Program-made: the position numbers and the translations under genes
In this document: piece by piece, positions 14,655-26,909 of the stretch
How positions within the stretch are numbered: the stretch's first letter is position 1
Layout of the letters: each line of letters begins with the position of its first letter
Source of the DNA: Chrysomallon squamiferum
Lineage: Eukaryota > Animalia > Mollusca
NCBI GenBank assembly: GCA_012295275.1
Contig: CM022674.1
Span: 15,376,001-15,440,000, forward strand
Reading direction: 5' to 3'
Length of the DNA stretch: 64,000 nucleotides
The notes under the pieces: generated by a model
Seen by the model: only the letters and a program-made list of their open reading frames with translations
The model's database searches: none
What the model was told of the DNA's origin: nothing

Positions 14655-15640
14655 TGGATTTAATCATGTAGAAGAAACACCTGTAATGCTTAGCAGATAG
14701 AATTTTGCAAATAGAACTGACCTAAGTTTTTATAATTCACTGTTAAAGGTACTTTTTAAAAACGAGCCATATTTATATTTAATGATGAAAATGCCACAGC
14801 TTGTGAAGATTTCAGAGAAAAAACTGATAGAATGTTAAATATTATTTCAGAACTATGTTTTATTTTGATGAAATGATGATACTAATGCCTTTGAAACAAG
14901 TTGATGACCTTACAAAAATGATTTTCCAGAACCTGACAAAGTGCGTAGATATTTAGAACGAAGGTCAGTGTTACAGACTACACTATTTTCTACAACATAC
15001 GAAGGAGCAGGTGAAGAGGAAATTTTGAAAACATTCGAACATACAAAAAACAGGGAATGTCAAAATGCTAGGTGTAGAGAAAACGATGGTTTATGTAGAG
15101 GTAGAGGAAAGATAGGTTATTCTACTAAAGCAACACAAGAAACAGATATGGAGAAAAGAGGTCCACGTGAAAAGCATAGCAGAGATAATCTGACAGACAG
15201 TTTTCAGACTGACCAAAGGTTAAACCAAAAACAGCTTCACAGACTAGTTTATTCTCGACAGCTGCTGCAGAGTCTGACAGTAATGATAATAAAGGTTCAG
15301 AAGTTTCTACACCCACAAAACCCAACAGAAGACGGCGTAAAAAATGTGAAACACCAACAACCAGAAAAAGACGAAACAACAGTGACAAATGAAGGAATTA
15401 TATTCAAAGATAACACAGATGTCAGCAGTACAGGTTTAACAGGAAGAAGAAAATCACTATCAAGTCTCTGTTCTTCCTGAACTAATGGAAATTTGGATAA
15501 CCTTAAACATGATGAAATTATTGACAAAGTATTCAACATTCTTCTTGAAAAATGTAATGGACGTGCAGAGATCTCGAATCTGATGAAAGAAACCAGTCTT
15601 CCTGTAGAAGCTAAACGTGTTTCATGGTTTTATAAATATA
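14655..15640 (+). pseudogene. Truncated duplicate of the 5' part of the ZAP/PARP12-like gene
   Basis: Aligns to 22408-23430, with frameshifts and a TGA at 15478. Homology stops after VSWFYKY (~15640), before the zinc fingers. Confidence 0.88.
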
Positions 15641-16194
15641 CTCTAGAGATAATTTTAAAGCAGTCAACGTTACGCACAGTGATTATATAAAAGGATAATT
15701 TGTATAACTATTAGATTTGTGGAGAGGTATTGTTGGAATCATTAACATATTATTCATTGTACAATATCGACATTTAATAAAAATATTTATTACAAATTGC
15801 AAGTGTTTTCATTTTTATTAACATTTTCACGTTTAATGATTGAATTAATGGAGAATATTCCTCTTCGGAGTCGGGGTTAGAAGGTACAAATACTTTCCTG
15901 TATTCAGACTCAAATATGTTAATCATATCAAATTTAAATGAATGCATTATTTTTCATTTGATATAAATACTTCATTTACTATCACTACTTAACAACAAGA
16001 ATTATTATTTTTGTTGGTGGTGGTTTTTATAATTTGTTCACACTATATTTAATTTTATTAATAAATAACGAAAAGAAAATGAAGGAAAATTAAAGAAAAT
16101 AAATAAATAAATATATAAATCATTAATAATAACGTATAAACGAGTTCTGCTTGTTATTTATCAAATAGTTACCGTTAACTTGTTCGTAATTCGA

Positions 16195-16360
16195 CAGCTA
16201 CTGCGCATGATCATTGAGAACCGGAACTACACGCAGTACCAACACTCGTCAAATAATAATATATAGTAACTAATGATGCCATTCTGCGCGACAAATTCCG
16301 GAGATAATAATATACCTGTAACGACACAGTAGAAATGACGTCAGAGCTATTGTTGTACGC
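16195..16360 (+). pseudogene. Heavily decayed inverted copy of part of the TDC terminal exon
   Basis: CTGCGCATGATCA...ACCAACACT...GCCATT...ATGACGTCAGAGCTATTGTT matches the reverse complement of ~11495-11655. Confidence 0.75.
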
Positions 16361-17082
16361 GAAAACAAAGTTGTGCTTTGCTTTTAAGACCATCTAGGAA
16401 CACACAAAAGCCTCTTTATTTTAGCTTCAGAACGCCAAAACGTGAAGTATAGATTGCTTTTAATAGTTTGTTTCTTCGTTAGATTATTATTATTATTATT
16501 TTTAATTTTTACAGTGTGGTTTTCCATCATCATTGTTTTTACTTTATAATTAGTACTGATTTATTATTATTTTTTATTACTTTTTAAAAATACTTTTTGT
16601 GTTTGTTTATTTGTATTAAATAAATAAATAAATAAAAAGATTAAACCTATCAATAAACGTATCACATTAAAAAGCCGATATAAAAAATAAATCCCATCGG
16701 TAAACAAATCAAACTTTAACTTTTTTATTTATTTTTTATTTCTTCCTTTTTTTTAAATTTCCTTCTGCCATATTTCAGCAAAAGCAGTAGCTTGCAGTAA
16801 ATTAATTTAATATCTACCTCTGTAATAAAACCACAAACATTTAATTTTTAATGGATCTGTGGGGAAGAAAACCTGGAACGCGGAACTAGCCGGTCTGTAT
16901 ATTTAACGACTGTAAAAACTAACTGTGGTTTTCTATAATCACTGGGTATTAACACGTTCGCCTGTTGTGACTCGTCATGAGGTTAAACACACAAAACAAA
17001 GACTAAGAAGGTTCAAGCTGTGAACTGGGCGTGAGAAGTGAAACCGAAAATGGAAACAGACTGAAAAACGTCACTTGTGAAA

Positions 17083-17214
17083 ATGTTATTGCGTTTGATA
17101 ATCTGTGGTGAGTTCATTAGGTCTGTTTTAGTTCGGTGTTGTTTATTTTTATATATTTACTTATTAATTAATTTCTTTATTTATTTATTTATTTATTCAT
17201 TCATCTTTTTATTT

Positions 17215-17253
<39 letters not shown>

Positions 17254-18304
17254 GTTTTAGTATTTGTATTGTCTCAGCTTCAGAAATTTGTCGCTAGCAA
17301 ATCGTCTCCCTTTGATTTTGAAAACGACACCAGTCGTGATCAATTTCTAACCCAGTTCCGATATAGCACAACAGCTCCGGAACGTCAAAGGAATAACACG
17401 AAATTTGATGGAAACAACCGGAGCGTTCCGGAACTTTACGAAAAACCCAAACTGTCAGGAGTACTCATGGGAAGATTGGAAACGGACCAAGCATCTTTCC
17501 TCAACACTACCCAGTCCCTGTGCCTAAACAAGGAACGGTAACTCGTCGACATATTCTATCAAATGGTCAGGTTATAACTCATAAACATTCCGCACCACTG
17601 GCTTACTCTGTCATCAACGGCAGAGTGGTAGCACGGGTTTTACCCCACCAGCACGTGCAGGTATCACAAGCCGATGACCACGAAGGTCGTCTGAATGTTG
17701 CCTCAGAAGACCACCCAGTTTCCGTCCCGAAACAAGGAAAGGTAACTCACCAACACTTGTTACCTCACAGACAGACACTACCACTGGAAATGGAACCGCT
17801 AGAGTTTTGCCTCAAAGATGCCTACGAAACGTCATCGCCAACGATCATCCTTTGTATTTACCTCAACATACAGCTATCAGACATCAACACGTTTTGGAAA
17901 ATGGAACATCGATCACGCACAGACACACAGTTCCAGTGGGCTACTGGGTACGCAAAGGAAACGTTGTTGGCCGCGTTTTGCCTCACACACACGCGGTACC
18001 CGTGCCGTTGTCGCAAGGACTTCGTCAAACGCCAACAACCAACAATTACAATGCTGCATTAGCTAATTCCCTCTTTTATCCAGTACAATACGTCAAGCGA
18101 ATGAACGATCTCAATCGTTCTGCCATGAGAGGGTCCGTTTTGTATTCAGGACACTAACTTACCCCGACGACCTACAACTACAACGCTGCTGTAGCAACAT
18201 CTCTACTGTATCCTAATGTGTTGGCAGCACCACCAACAGCTGTTACAAGACGCACTAAAACAGGAAAACGGTCGCGTCAGTGCTGTCTCGTCCTTGCACC
18301 CTAA
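17083..18304 (+). pseudogene. Orphan secreted His/Val/Pro-rich repeat protein (2 exons, disrupted)
   Basis: Exon 1 (17083-17107, GTGAG donor) plus exon 2 (from 17261) gives the signal-like MLLRLIICVFVLSQLQKFVAS. Three ~55-aa His-rich repeats and two TPTTxNYNAAxAxSLxYP repeats follow. Frameshifts at ~17500 and ~17797 and an in-frame TAA at 18155. Confidence 0.72.
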
Positions 18305-18515
18305 TCGTCTTCCGAATAACCAGAGACCGCGATTAATCGACGATACCGATATAAACAGCAACGATTATCGTAGAAGACTTAGATAACATACTGCACTGTA
18401 ATTATTATTTTGTTGTTTAGTGTGAATGTTTTTCATCAGATTCAGCAGTAATGTTTAAGTAAGAGAAAAGAAAGTTATATTTTCTGTTTTGACTAAAACC
18501 ATTTATTATGTGTGT

Positions 18516-18551
<36 letters not shown>

Positions 18552-19058
18552 TTCTTGTTTGTAACTGTTTTTCGGCTCATCAGCTATATTATCTGCAAAA
18601 CAAAAAAAAGAAAAAAAAAAGAAAATAAATAAATAAATAAATCAAGTCATTTTTTATACATATATACATGCATTCGGAGTTTTCATAGTTTGAAATACGA
18701 TGCTTACTTTCGAAAGATAATATGTAAACTTAGAAAGATAGCTGAAAATAATTCTACGTATTATTTCTGTGCATGAAATAAATTTTGGGTATTCCTGGTA
18801 ATCAGAAGACTCAGCTCTTTCTGCTAGACGTGTAGACAAACCTTCTGTCATTATTCCTGAATGTGTGCTACTAATAAGCTGTCTTTGCCTTGTCTTATCT
18901 AAATATACAGATACACATACACGCACAGGCACACATATATACTCGGACAACTATTTAAATGTATCACAACATAATAATATACCATTATTATAATGTTTTT
19001 AAAATGTAAATAAATGAAATAAATTGTATTCTGTGAGTATTCGTACCTATTGGTTAAT

Positions 19059-19824
19059 TTATCCACGTACAGGTCCCTGGGAACACCGAATGTTGATAGT
19101 GGGAATGTTGAGTTGGCAGTTCCTGCAATAGGTCCGCGCCTGATTTGTTAGCCATAAGTTGACGTCGCGTTGAAGTTGTTGACAGTCAATTCTGTTAATG
19201 AAGTTACAGCCGTTTGACACAACGCTGACATATACCCGACCACCTGAAAACAGTTTATAATTATATATAACTGAAAACGGTAACTCATCAGATGGATAGA
19301 CGGAGTGATAAAGAGACAATGAATAATGACAAAGCAATCCAACGAAGACAAAGACACAGTAAGTTAGTAAGTAACGAAGTAAATACTATTTTACCCTGAT
19401 TTAGAACTGGTCTCACTGTGCCTCTTGTCCAAGGTCTTCGTGTTGTACGGCGAGACCATGGCCACCTTGTCGTCTGTCTCGACCACGTCCTTCTTGTAGG
19501 CGACATGTGATTGGTCCAGTGTTGCCATGACGAAGTGGCTGTCTGCCATCTTTGTCTGAAGTGGGTCTCGTAAATCTGGGAGTCTGCTGAAACTGGTTTC
19601 GGTTAGGGCGACGATTTCAGTTCGGGTTGTTGGTTCGCTGACTCCAGTTTCGACTGTTTTTTCGCCGATTCCAGTTTTGGTTGAAGCAATCCGTTCTTGA
19701 GATACTGGAAGATTCCACACATCTTCTGAAATTGTCGTCAAATAATGTGCCGTAAAAATGCGCTGTAAAAATATAAAACAATATGAAATTATTTACCGAA
19801 ACCTAGTAGGTATACTTCGTCCAT
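19059..19824 (-). pseudogene. Orphan Trp/Arg/Asn-rich low-complexity protein with a Cys-containing C-terminal exon (disrupted)
   Basis: Exon 19762-19395 contains NWNRRKNSRNWSQRTNNPN*NRRPN and, after a frameshift, RTWSRQTTRWPWSRRTTRRPWTRG. That frame splices in phase (GT..AG) to exon 19243-19059, GGRVYVSVVSNGCNF...CRNCQ...RCSQGPVRG*. The first exon (ATG at 19824) is uncertain because the implied intron is only 34-40 bp. Confidence 0.6.
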
Positions 19825-19917
19825 TTCTATAGGTATGCAGCAGTTAGAAAGTAGAATCAAATATAAAAATCGAAAACTAAACCAGCTGTAAAATTAATGT
19901 ATAGAAAATTATGTTCG

Positions 19918-19950
19918 CGTGACTGAATGTCACCATAGCTTTATATACCC
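19918..19950 (-). promoter_or_regulatory. TATA box plus initiator upstream of the Trp/Arg-rich gene
   Basis: Minus-strand TATATAAAG at ~19948-19940, with TCAGTC (Inr-like) about 25 nt downstream. Confidence 0.45.
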
Positions 19951-20502
19951 TCTTATGTTGATACCATCTCCTGTTTTTGACAATAACTTAAAAGCTTGCA
20001 AAAAAATCCTTGGGCAAGCATACTGAACTTGGACATTTGAAGCTAGGTGTCAGGAAAATTACAGGCCATTCATAGAGATCATTTAAAAATTAACACCTTT
20101 AATCGATATTTCAAGGAACGTAGCAAGAAATAATCTGATAGTTTAAACATGAAAGAAATGTCGTGTGGTCCTTGTTTTGATTTTCACTGTAAAATACGCC
20201 TTCATACATTCTTTATTTTACTTTGTGTATATATAAACAGCCAAATATTCACTTCTACTTCCTCGACAATTATTGCTATAACTACTACCACTACTATAAC
20301 GTACTACTACTATTGTTACAACTGATATTTATACTATAACCTCTGCTACGATTAACAGGCAGTATTTAGGAATGTGAAGCTACGTTTATGTAAACTAGTG
20401 GTATGTCCGCAACTTCCAGTAAGAAGATTTACTTTGCTTATGACATTCACAGCAAATACATTTTAAAAAAGAAACAGATCGAAAGAAAAAGTCAATAAAT
20501 AA

Positions 20503-20535
<33 letters not shown>

Positions 20536-21122
20536 CATCATAATAGTAATAAAAACAAAAAAAAAAAAAAACAGCAGCAACCCACAAACGAAAGAGTTAA
20601 CTATAACACACGAAGAAACGACAAATATATCACTTTTTCTTTGCACTAACGATAATCATTTTATGTAATGGAGTGGGTGTTGGATTTTATAAAAAAAAAA
20701 ATCAAAATTAAACAAAACCCAATAAATTTTGCACGACACAAAAGCGAAATACACCAATCGGTCGGTTAAAGACCGCGAAAGACCGCGATGTACTGCGACT
20801 TTGCAAGGCTTCTCTAGGCCGCTTCTCCATAAAGGTCGTGTCATTTTCAGTCACCTCGGCTTTAAAATTCCAGCTTTACTCGCATAAAGGCTTTTCAAGC
20901 GAACGTTCTTCATATCTAGTCGTTCCTGTTGTCAAGCGAGACAAAATCTGTTAACTTAAACTGCTTATAATTTATCTAGTCCTTTATTATTATTATTATT
21001 ATGATTATTACTACTACTACTACTCCTACTAAACCAGCTACTACTACTATTACTACTTCTACCATTACTACTACTACAACAGGAAGTAAACTTAAAATAA
21101 ACCATGACCTTATTATATTGCG

Positions 21123-21162
<40 letters not shown>

Positions 21163-21615
21163 TAACAGATTTAATGTGCTCTTATAAAAAATACTTAAAG
21201 ATTCTTTAAAAATCTCCAGATATTTATTTCTTTTAATCACTATTCATTTTTTTAGTGATATCAAACTTTTTTTCGGTGTTCAGACAAATAGCAGATCATT
21301 AAAGTACAACCAATAGCGATAACAGACCTGCCCATTCGTTATCTTTATTTACGGACACGATATCAGTATTTCAGACAGAAAAACAAATCATAACAACAAC
21401 AGCAGTAATGAAAATAGCAGCAGCAAGAGTAACGATAGCTACAACAGAAATAAATAAATAATTCAATGTCAAACAACAGTATCAGTATTTTAAACTAATA
21501 CGTGTATATATGTATATATCTGATATAATTGCCAGGTGCATTTTTAAAGTATCATCTCTAAATAAACACATAGATAAATAAATCGAATGAAAGCTATACA
21601 GTCATTTCATGTTAG

Positions 21616-21760
21616 TGTGCAAGCGCAAAATGCCATGGCCGGACGTTGCGTTCCGTTTGCCATGACTTCAAACCTAATGCACAGTTTCCGGAAGAATGCG
21701 TAGCAATAACAGAGAATCAGTGTGGCTTATAAACGAAACTAGACACGTCCAACAGCTCAG
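21616..21760 (+). pseudogene. Cys-rich exon fragment, copy 2 (possibly Ly6/three-finger-like)
   Basis: AG acceptor, then CASAKCHGRTLRSVCHDFKPNAQFPEECVAITENQCGL*TKLDTSNSS, then a GTAAG donor; contains an in-frame TAA. Confidence 0.5.
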
Positions 21761-22123
21761 GTAAGCTGATTTTCTGGAAATGTTATTATGCTGATTGATT
21801 CTGTTAACTATGATTATAACATTAAACGTGTTATTACTCATATTTATAAACAATAAGAACGTGACACTTTTGGTATTCTGCGATGGTTAATAACTAAGAT
21901 TACCATTCTATACCTGTGGTAAATGCCCGTTTGTAAATCACGGAAGTATGTTAGATGTTCTCTATCCTTACAAATACGACTAGCAGCACAAGAGCAAATC
22001 ATAAAAATATTTAAATATTCAGTAAAAAGTTTGCTTATAAGGCCATCATCGAAATTTCAAGATAACGTAAATTTCTAACTTAGATTTCATTGGTTAATAT
22101 TCATTTGTTTGTTTCTTTATTTA

Positions 22124-22186
<63 letters not shown>

Positions 22187-22680
22187 GTTATTATTATTAT
22201 TATTATTATTATATTTTTTCTTTATTTATTATATTTTCTTTCTTTATTTATTTTTAATTTATTAACATTTTTTCTTTCTTTTTCTTCTTTTCTTTTCGTT
22301 TTTCTTTCTTTCTTTTTTTTTTTTTTTTTTTTCTAAAAATCCCACGAGGGAATCTTATTAATTTTTAAATATCGATTGTCTATTTTATGTTCATCATTTT
22401 ATTTTCAGTGGATTTAAACATGTACAAGAAAGAGGTGGAATGCTTAACAGACAGATATTTACAAATACATCCGAAACTGACCGAAGTTTTTATAATTCAG
22501 TGTTAAAGGTACTTTCTATAAAACGAGCCATATTTATATTTAATGATGACAATTCCACAGCTGGTGAAAATTTCAGATAAAGCACTGATTGATTGTTAAA
22601 TATTATTGTTTTATTTTGATGAATTTGATCATACGAACGTCTTGAAACAAGTGGGTGACATTACAAAGATTATTTTCCAG

Positions 22681-25600
22681 AACATGACAAAGTGTGTAGA
22701 TATTTAGAACGAAGGTCAGTGTCACAGACTGCACTATTTTCTACAACATCCGATGAAGCAGGTGAAGAGGAAACCTTGAAAACATTCCAATATACAAACA
22801 GCAGAGAATGTCAAAATGCTAGATGTAGAGATAGTAGAGAAAACCATGGTTTATGTAGAGGTAGAGGAAAAATAGGTGATTCTAATAAAGCAACACAAGA
22901 AACAGATATGGAGAAAAGAGGACCACGCGATATGCTTAGCAGAGATAATCTGACAGACAGTTTTCAGACTGACCAAAGGTTAAAACAAAGAACAGCTTCA
23001 CAGACTAGTTTATTCCCGACAGCTGCTGCAGAGTCTGACAGTGATGATCATGACGGTTCAGAAGTTTCTACACCCACAAAATCCAACAGAAGACGGCGAC
23101 GTAGAAAAAATGTCAAACACCAACAACCAGAAAAAGAGGAAACAACACAGACAAAAGAAGAAATTATATTCAGAGATAACAAAGATGTCAGCAGTAGACG
23201 TTTAACTGGAAGAACAAAATCACAGTCAAGTCTCTGTTCTTCCTCAACTACTAGAGATTTGGATACCTTAAACATGATGATAGTGAGGACCACGAGAGGG
23301 AAAATGAAATTATTGACATAGTGTTGAACATTCTTCTTGAAAAATTTAATGGACGTGCAGAGATCTCGAATCTGATGAAAGAAACCAGTCTTCCTGTAGA
23401 AGCTAAACGTGTTTCATGGTTTTATAAATATAGCAAATACTTTTTGCTTTTCACAAAGGATAGCAAAATTAAATTTGTTTCTGTGTTTTCAAGATATGCC
23501 AGAATCTGTCATCCTTACAATACTTCTCAGTGTAGAAAGAAATACTGCAGGTTTCTTCACATATGTACACAGTTTGAACAAGGTCAGTGTAAACGCTCCA
23601 CTGGTCAGTGTCTTTCACACAATTTTTTTGACGAGAGAAATAAGAATTGCATTGAGCAGATAGGTTTGGGACTTTTAAAAAATAAGGACATTGCCAACGT
23701 TGTGAGATGCAGCACCCCTGAATGGTGTGAAAAATATCAGAATGGTATCAAAAATGATGAATATTGTCCACTCATTCATGTCTGTAGAAAACAGGACTGC
23801 AATAAGATGTGTGGCTTACAACATTACATCAAGTCATCTCATCACAACCTTAGAATCTTTTACATGAATCACTATAGAGTTAGTATCCTTGAACAGATGC
23901 TTCTTTGCAAATTCAATGAGAATTATCAACAGAATGAAAGAAGAGGTTCATATGACTGCAAACCTTCGGATGAGAGCACAACACCAAAGAAAGGAATCAG
24001 GGGTATAGAGAGGACCACAGTCGTATATACTGTAAAAACAAGCCTGTCACCTTCACAGCAGAAACAACTTGATATGAAGGTGAACGCTGATCCACCTCGA
24101 ATTTCACAACAAAAACAACTTGATATGAAACTAAAAGCAGATACACCTCAAATTTCACCGCAGATACAATTTAATATGAAAGTGAAAGAATATCCAGTAC
24201 AAGATTCACACCAGAAACAATTTGATGTGAAAGTGGAAGTAGATCCAGTACAAGATTCACTGGAGAAACAAGTTAATGTAAAAGTGGAAGCAGATCCAGG
24301 TCAGGTTTCACACCAAAAACAACAGGATATAAAAGTAAAAGCAGATCCAGTACAAATTTCACACCAAAACAAGGTAATGTAAAATTGGAACACAGGAGAA
24401 AAACAAGGTAATGTAAAAGATGAAGCAGACCAACTTGATGTGAAAGTGCAGATTTCGCAGGAGAAACAAAAATTGATGTGAAAGTAAAAGCAGATCCAGT
24501 AGAACAAATTTCACAGCAGAAACAACTTGATGTGAAAGTAAAAGCAGACCCAGTACAGATTTCGCAGCAGAGACAAATTGATGTCAAAGTGGAAGCAGAT
24601 CCAGTACAGGTTTCACAGCAGGAACAACACGATGTAAAAGACAAAGCAGATCCAGTACAAGTTTCACAGCAGAAACAATTTACTGTGAAAGTAAAAGCAG
24701 ATCCAGTACAGGAGTTGAACCAGAAACAACTTAACGTGATTGTGAAAGCAAATCTAATACAAGTTTCACAGCACAAACAACTTAATGTAAAAATGGAAGC
24801 AGATCCAGTACAGATTTCGCAGCAGAAACAACTTGATGTCAAAGTAAAAGCAGATCCAGTACAAGATTCACAGCAGAAACAACTTGATGTAAAAATGGAA
24901 GCAGATCCAGTACAGATTTCGCAGCAGAAACAACTTGATGTCAAAGTAAAAGCAGATCCAGTACAAGCTTCACAGCAGAAACAACTTGATGTGAAAATGG
25001 AAGCAGATCCACTACAAGTTTCAAAGAAGAAACAATTTGAAATGAATGTGAAATCAGATCCACCTCAAATTTCACAGAACAAACAACTTGATGTAAAAAT
25101 CAAAGCAGACCCAGTACAGATTTCGCAGCAGAGACAAATTGATGTGAAAGTGAAACCAGATCGAGCACAGGTTTCACAGCAGAAACAACAAGACGTAAAA
25201 GTAAAAGCAGATCCAGTACAAGATTCACAGCACACAGAACTTAATGCGAAAGTAAAAGCAGATACAGTACAGGTTATACAGCAGAAACAACTTGATGTCA
25301 AAGTAAAAGCAGATCCAGAACAAGTTTCACAGCAGAAACAACTTGATGGGAAAGCGAAAGTATACCTAGTACAAGCTTCACAGCAGACACAAATTAATGT
25401 GAAAGTGAAAGCAGATCCAGTACAGGTTTCGCACCAGAAACAATTTGATGTGAAAATGAAAGTAGATCCAATACAAGTTTCACAGCAGAAACGACTTGAT
25501 GTGAAAGTCAAACCTGATCCAGCAAAACGATCACAACAGAAACAGGTTGATGTCAAACTGAATCCAGATACACCTCAAATTTCAAAGCAGAAACAATTTG

Positions 25601-26348
25601 CCGTGAAAATTAAAACGGATCCAATACAATTTTTACAGCAGAAATCACTTGATGTAAAAGTGAAAGCGGATCCATCTCAAACTATAAAACAGAAACAACT
25701 TGAGCTGAAAGCGAAAGTAGATCCAGATATAACTCAAATTTCACAGCAGAAACAGCATGATATCAAAGTGAAAACAGATCCAGTACAAGCTTCACAGAAT
25801 AAAAAATTTGATGTACAAGTGAAAGGAGACCCACCTCAACCGTCACAACAGAAACACCTTGATGTCAAAATGAAAGCAGATCTAGTACATGTTTCACACC
25901 AGCAACAACTTGATGTGAATGACAGCCTTGAAATAATGAATTACAACAATGAAATAGAAGGTCTTCTCTGTGAGAAATGTGTATGGAGTCAGTGTGTAAT
26001 ACATTCAAATACATATAAACAAAGATATTTACCTTACCAGTGGCAGGTGATGATTTGTGAGAAATGGGTGAACTTTGACATAGTGGAGAATGAGATGATC
26101 GAGCAGTGTTTTTGTAGTCTGAAGTCAGATACAGGAAATATAGAGGTGAGTTAAAAACAACCAGAAGCGATAATTTGAATTTTATTTATGTGGAATAAAG
26201 TATAAGTTTTAATAACAGTCACATATCTGAATCTTACTTTGCTGCGGTTTTGTTTCAGAGTACATCCTTGAGAAGTTATTGGCCACTGGATCAGTCCTCG
26301 TTGGGTCCTATTCTGATCAGTGCGACAATCTCTTCTCGTGATGAAAAT
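22681..26348 (+). CDS. ZAP (ZC3HAV1)/PARP12-like CCCH zinc-finger and WWE protein with a long 17-aa tandem repeat; frameshifted in this assembly and 3'-incomplete at the gap
   Basis: Tandem CCCH fingers (CHPYNTSQCRKKYCRFLH, CTQFEQGQCKRSTGQCLSH, CEKY...CPLIH, CRKQDCNKMCGLQH) and the WWE-type motif LPYQWQ...KWVNF...NEMIEQCFC. Large exon 22681-26145 with a GTGAG donor; an open 90-bp exon at 26259-26348. There is a 1-nt deletion at ~23266 (the paralog reads GATAACCTT) and a scrambled stretch at 24365-24480. Confidence 0.8.
24053..25917 (+). repeat. Coding 51-bp minisatellite (~36 units; consensus QISQQKQLDVKVKADPV)
   Basis: TCACAGCAGAAACAACTTGATGTGAAAGTAAAAGCAGATCCAGTACA recurs every 51 nt. Confidence 0.95.
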
Positions 26349-26531
26349 GTACGTATCAAAAATACTTTGAAAAATAATAGTTGATTAAGCTATCTGAGAT
26401 TTGAACTCTTGTTTTATTAATATTCGTCTACTACTTTTAATACTGACTACTGCACAACAATATATAAGAATGTTATGACTGTTAATCCTACTAACACACA
26501 CACAGACACACACTTAGTAAATTATTAGTAG

Positions 26532-26731
26532 NNNNNNNNNNNNNNNNNNNNNNNNNNNNNNNNNNNNNNNNNNNNNNNNNNNNNNNNNNNNNNNNNNNNN
26601 NNNNNNNNNNNNNNNNNNNNNNNNNNNNNNNNNNNNNNNNNNNNNNNNNNNNNNNNNNNNNNNNNNNNNNNNNNNNNNNNNNNNNNNNNNNNNNNNNNNN
26701 NNNNNNNNNNNNNNNNNNNNNNNNNNNNNNN
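26532..26731. other. Scaffold gap (200 N)
   Basis: Run of N. Confidence 1.
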
Positions 26732-26861
26732 TAATTCTTAAAATTGTTATTTAAAATGAATAAATAAATAAATAAAAAATTAATTAATAAAATAAAGTTT
26801 TTGTTTCAAACCTAAGATAACTGCCAGCATATGGCTATGTCTTTAAATTATATTTATATTA

Positions 26862-26909
<48 letters not shown>

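Noticed and set aside
19391-19741. 116-aa ORF as an acidic propeptide with a KR cleavage site
   Set aside because: It does not splice in phase to the long downstream exon frame; the other frames show clearer repeat structure.
24273-25556. Cys-rich metallothionein-like ORFs on the minus strand
   Set aside because: Antisense shadows of the 51-bp coding repeat; the plus strand is continuous with the CCCH and WWE domains.
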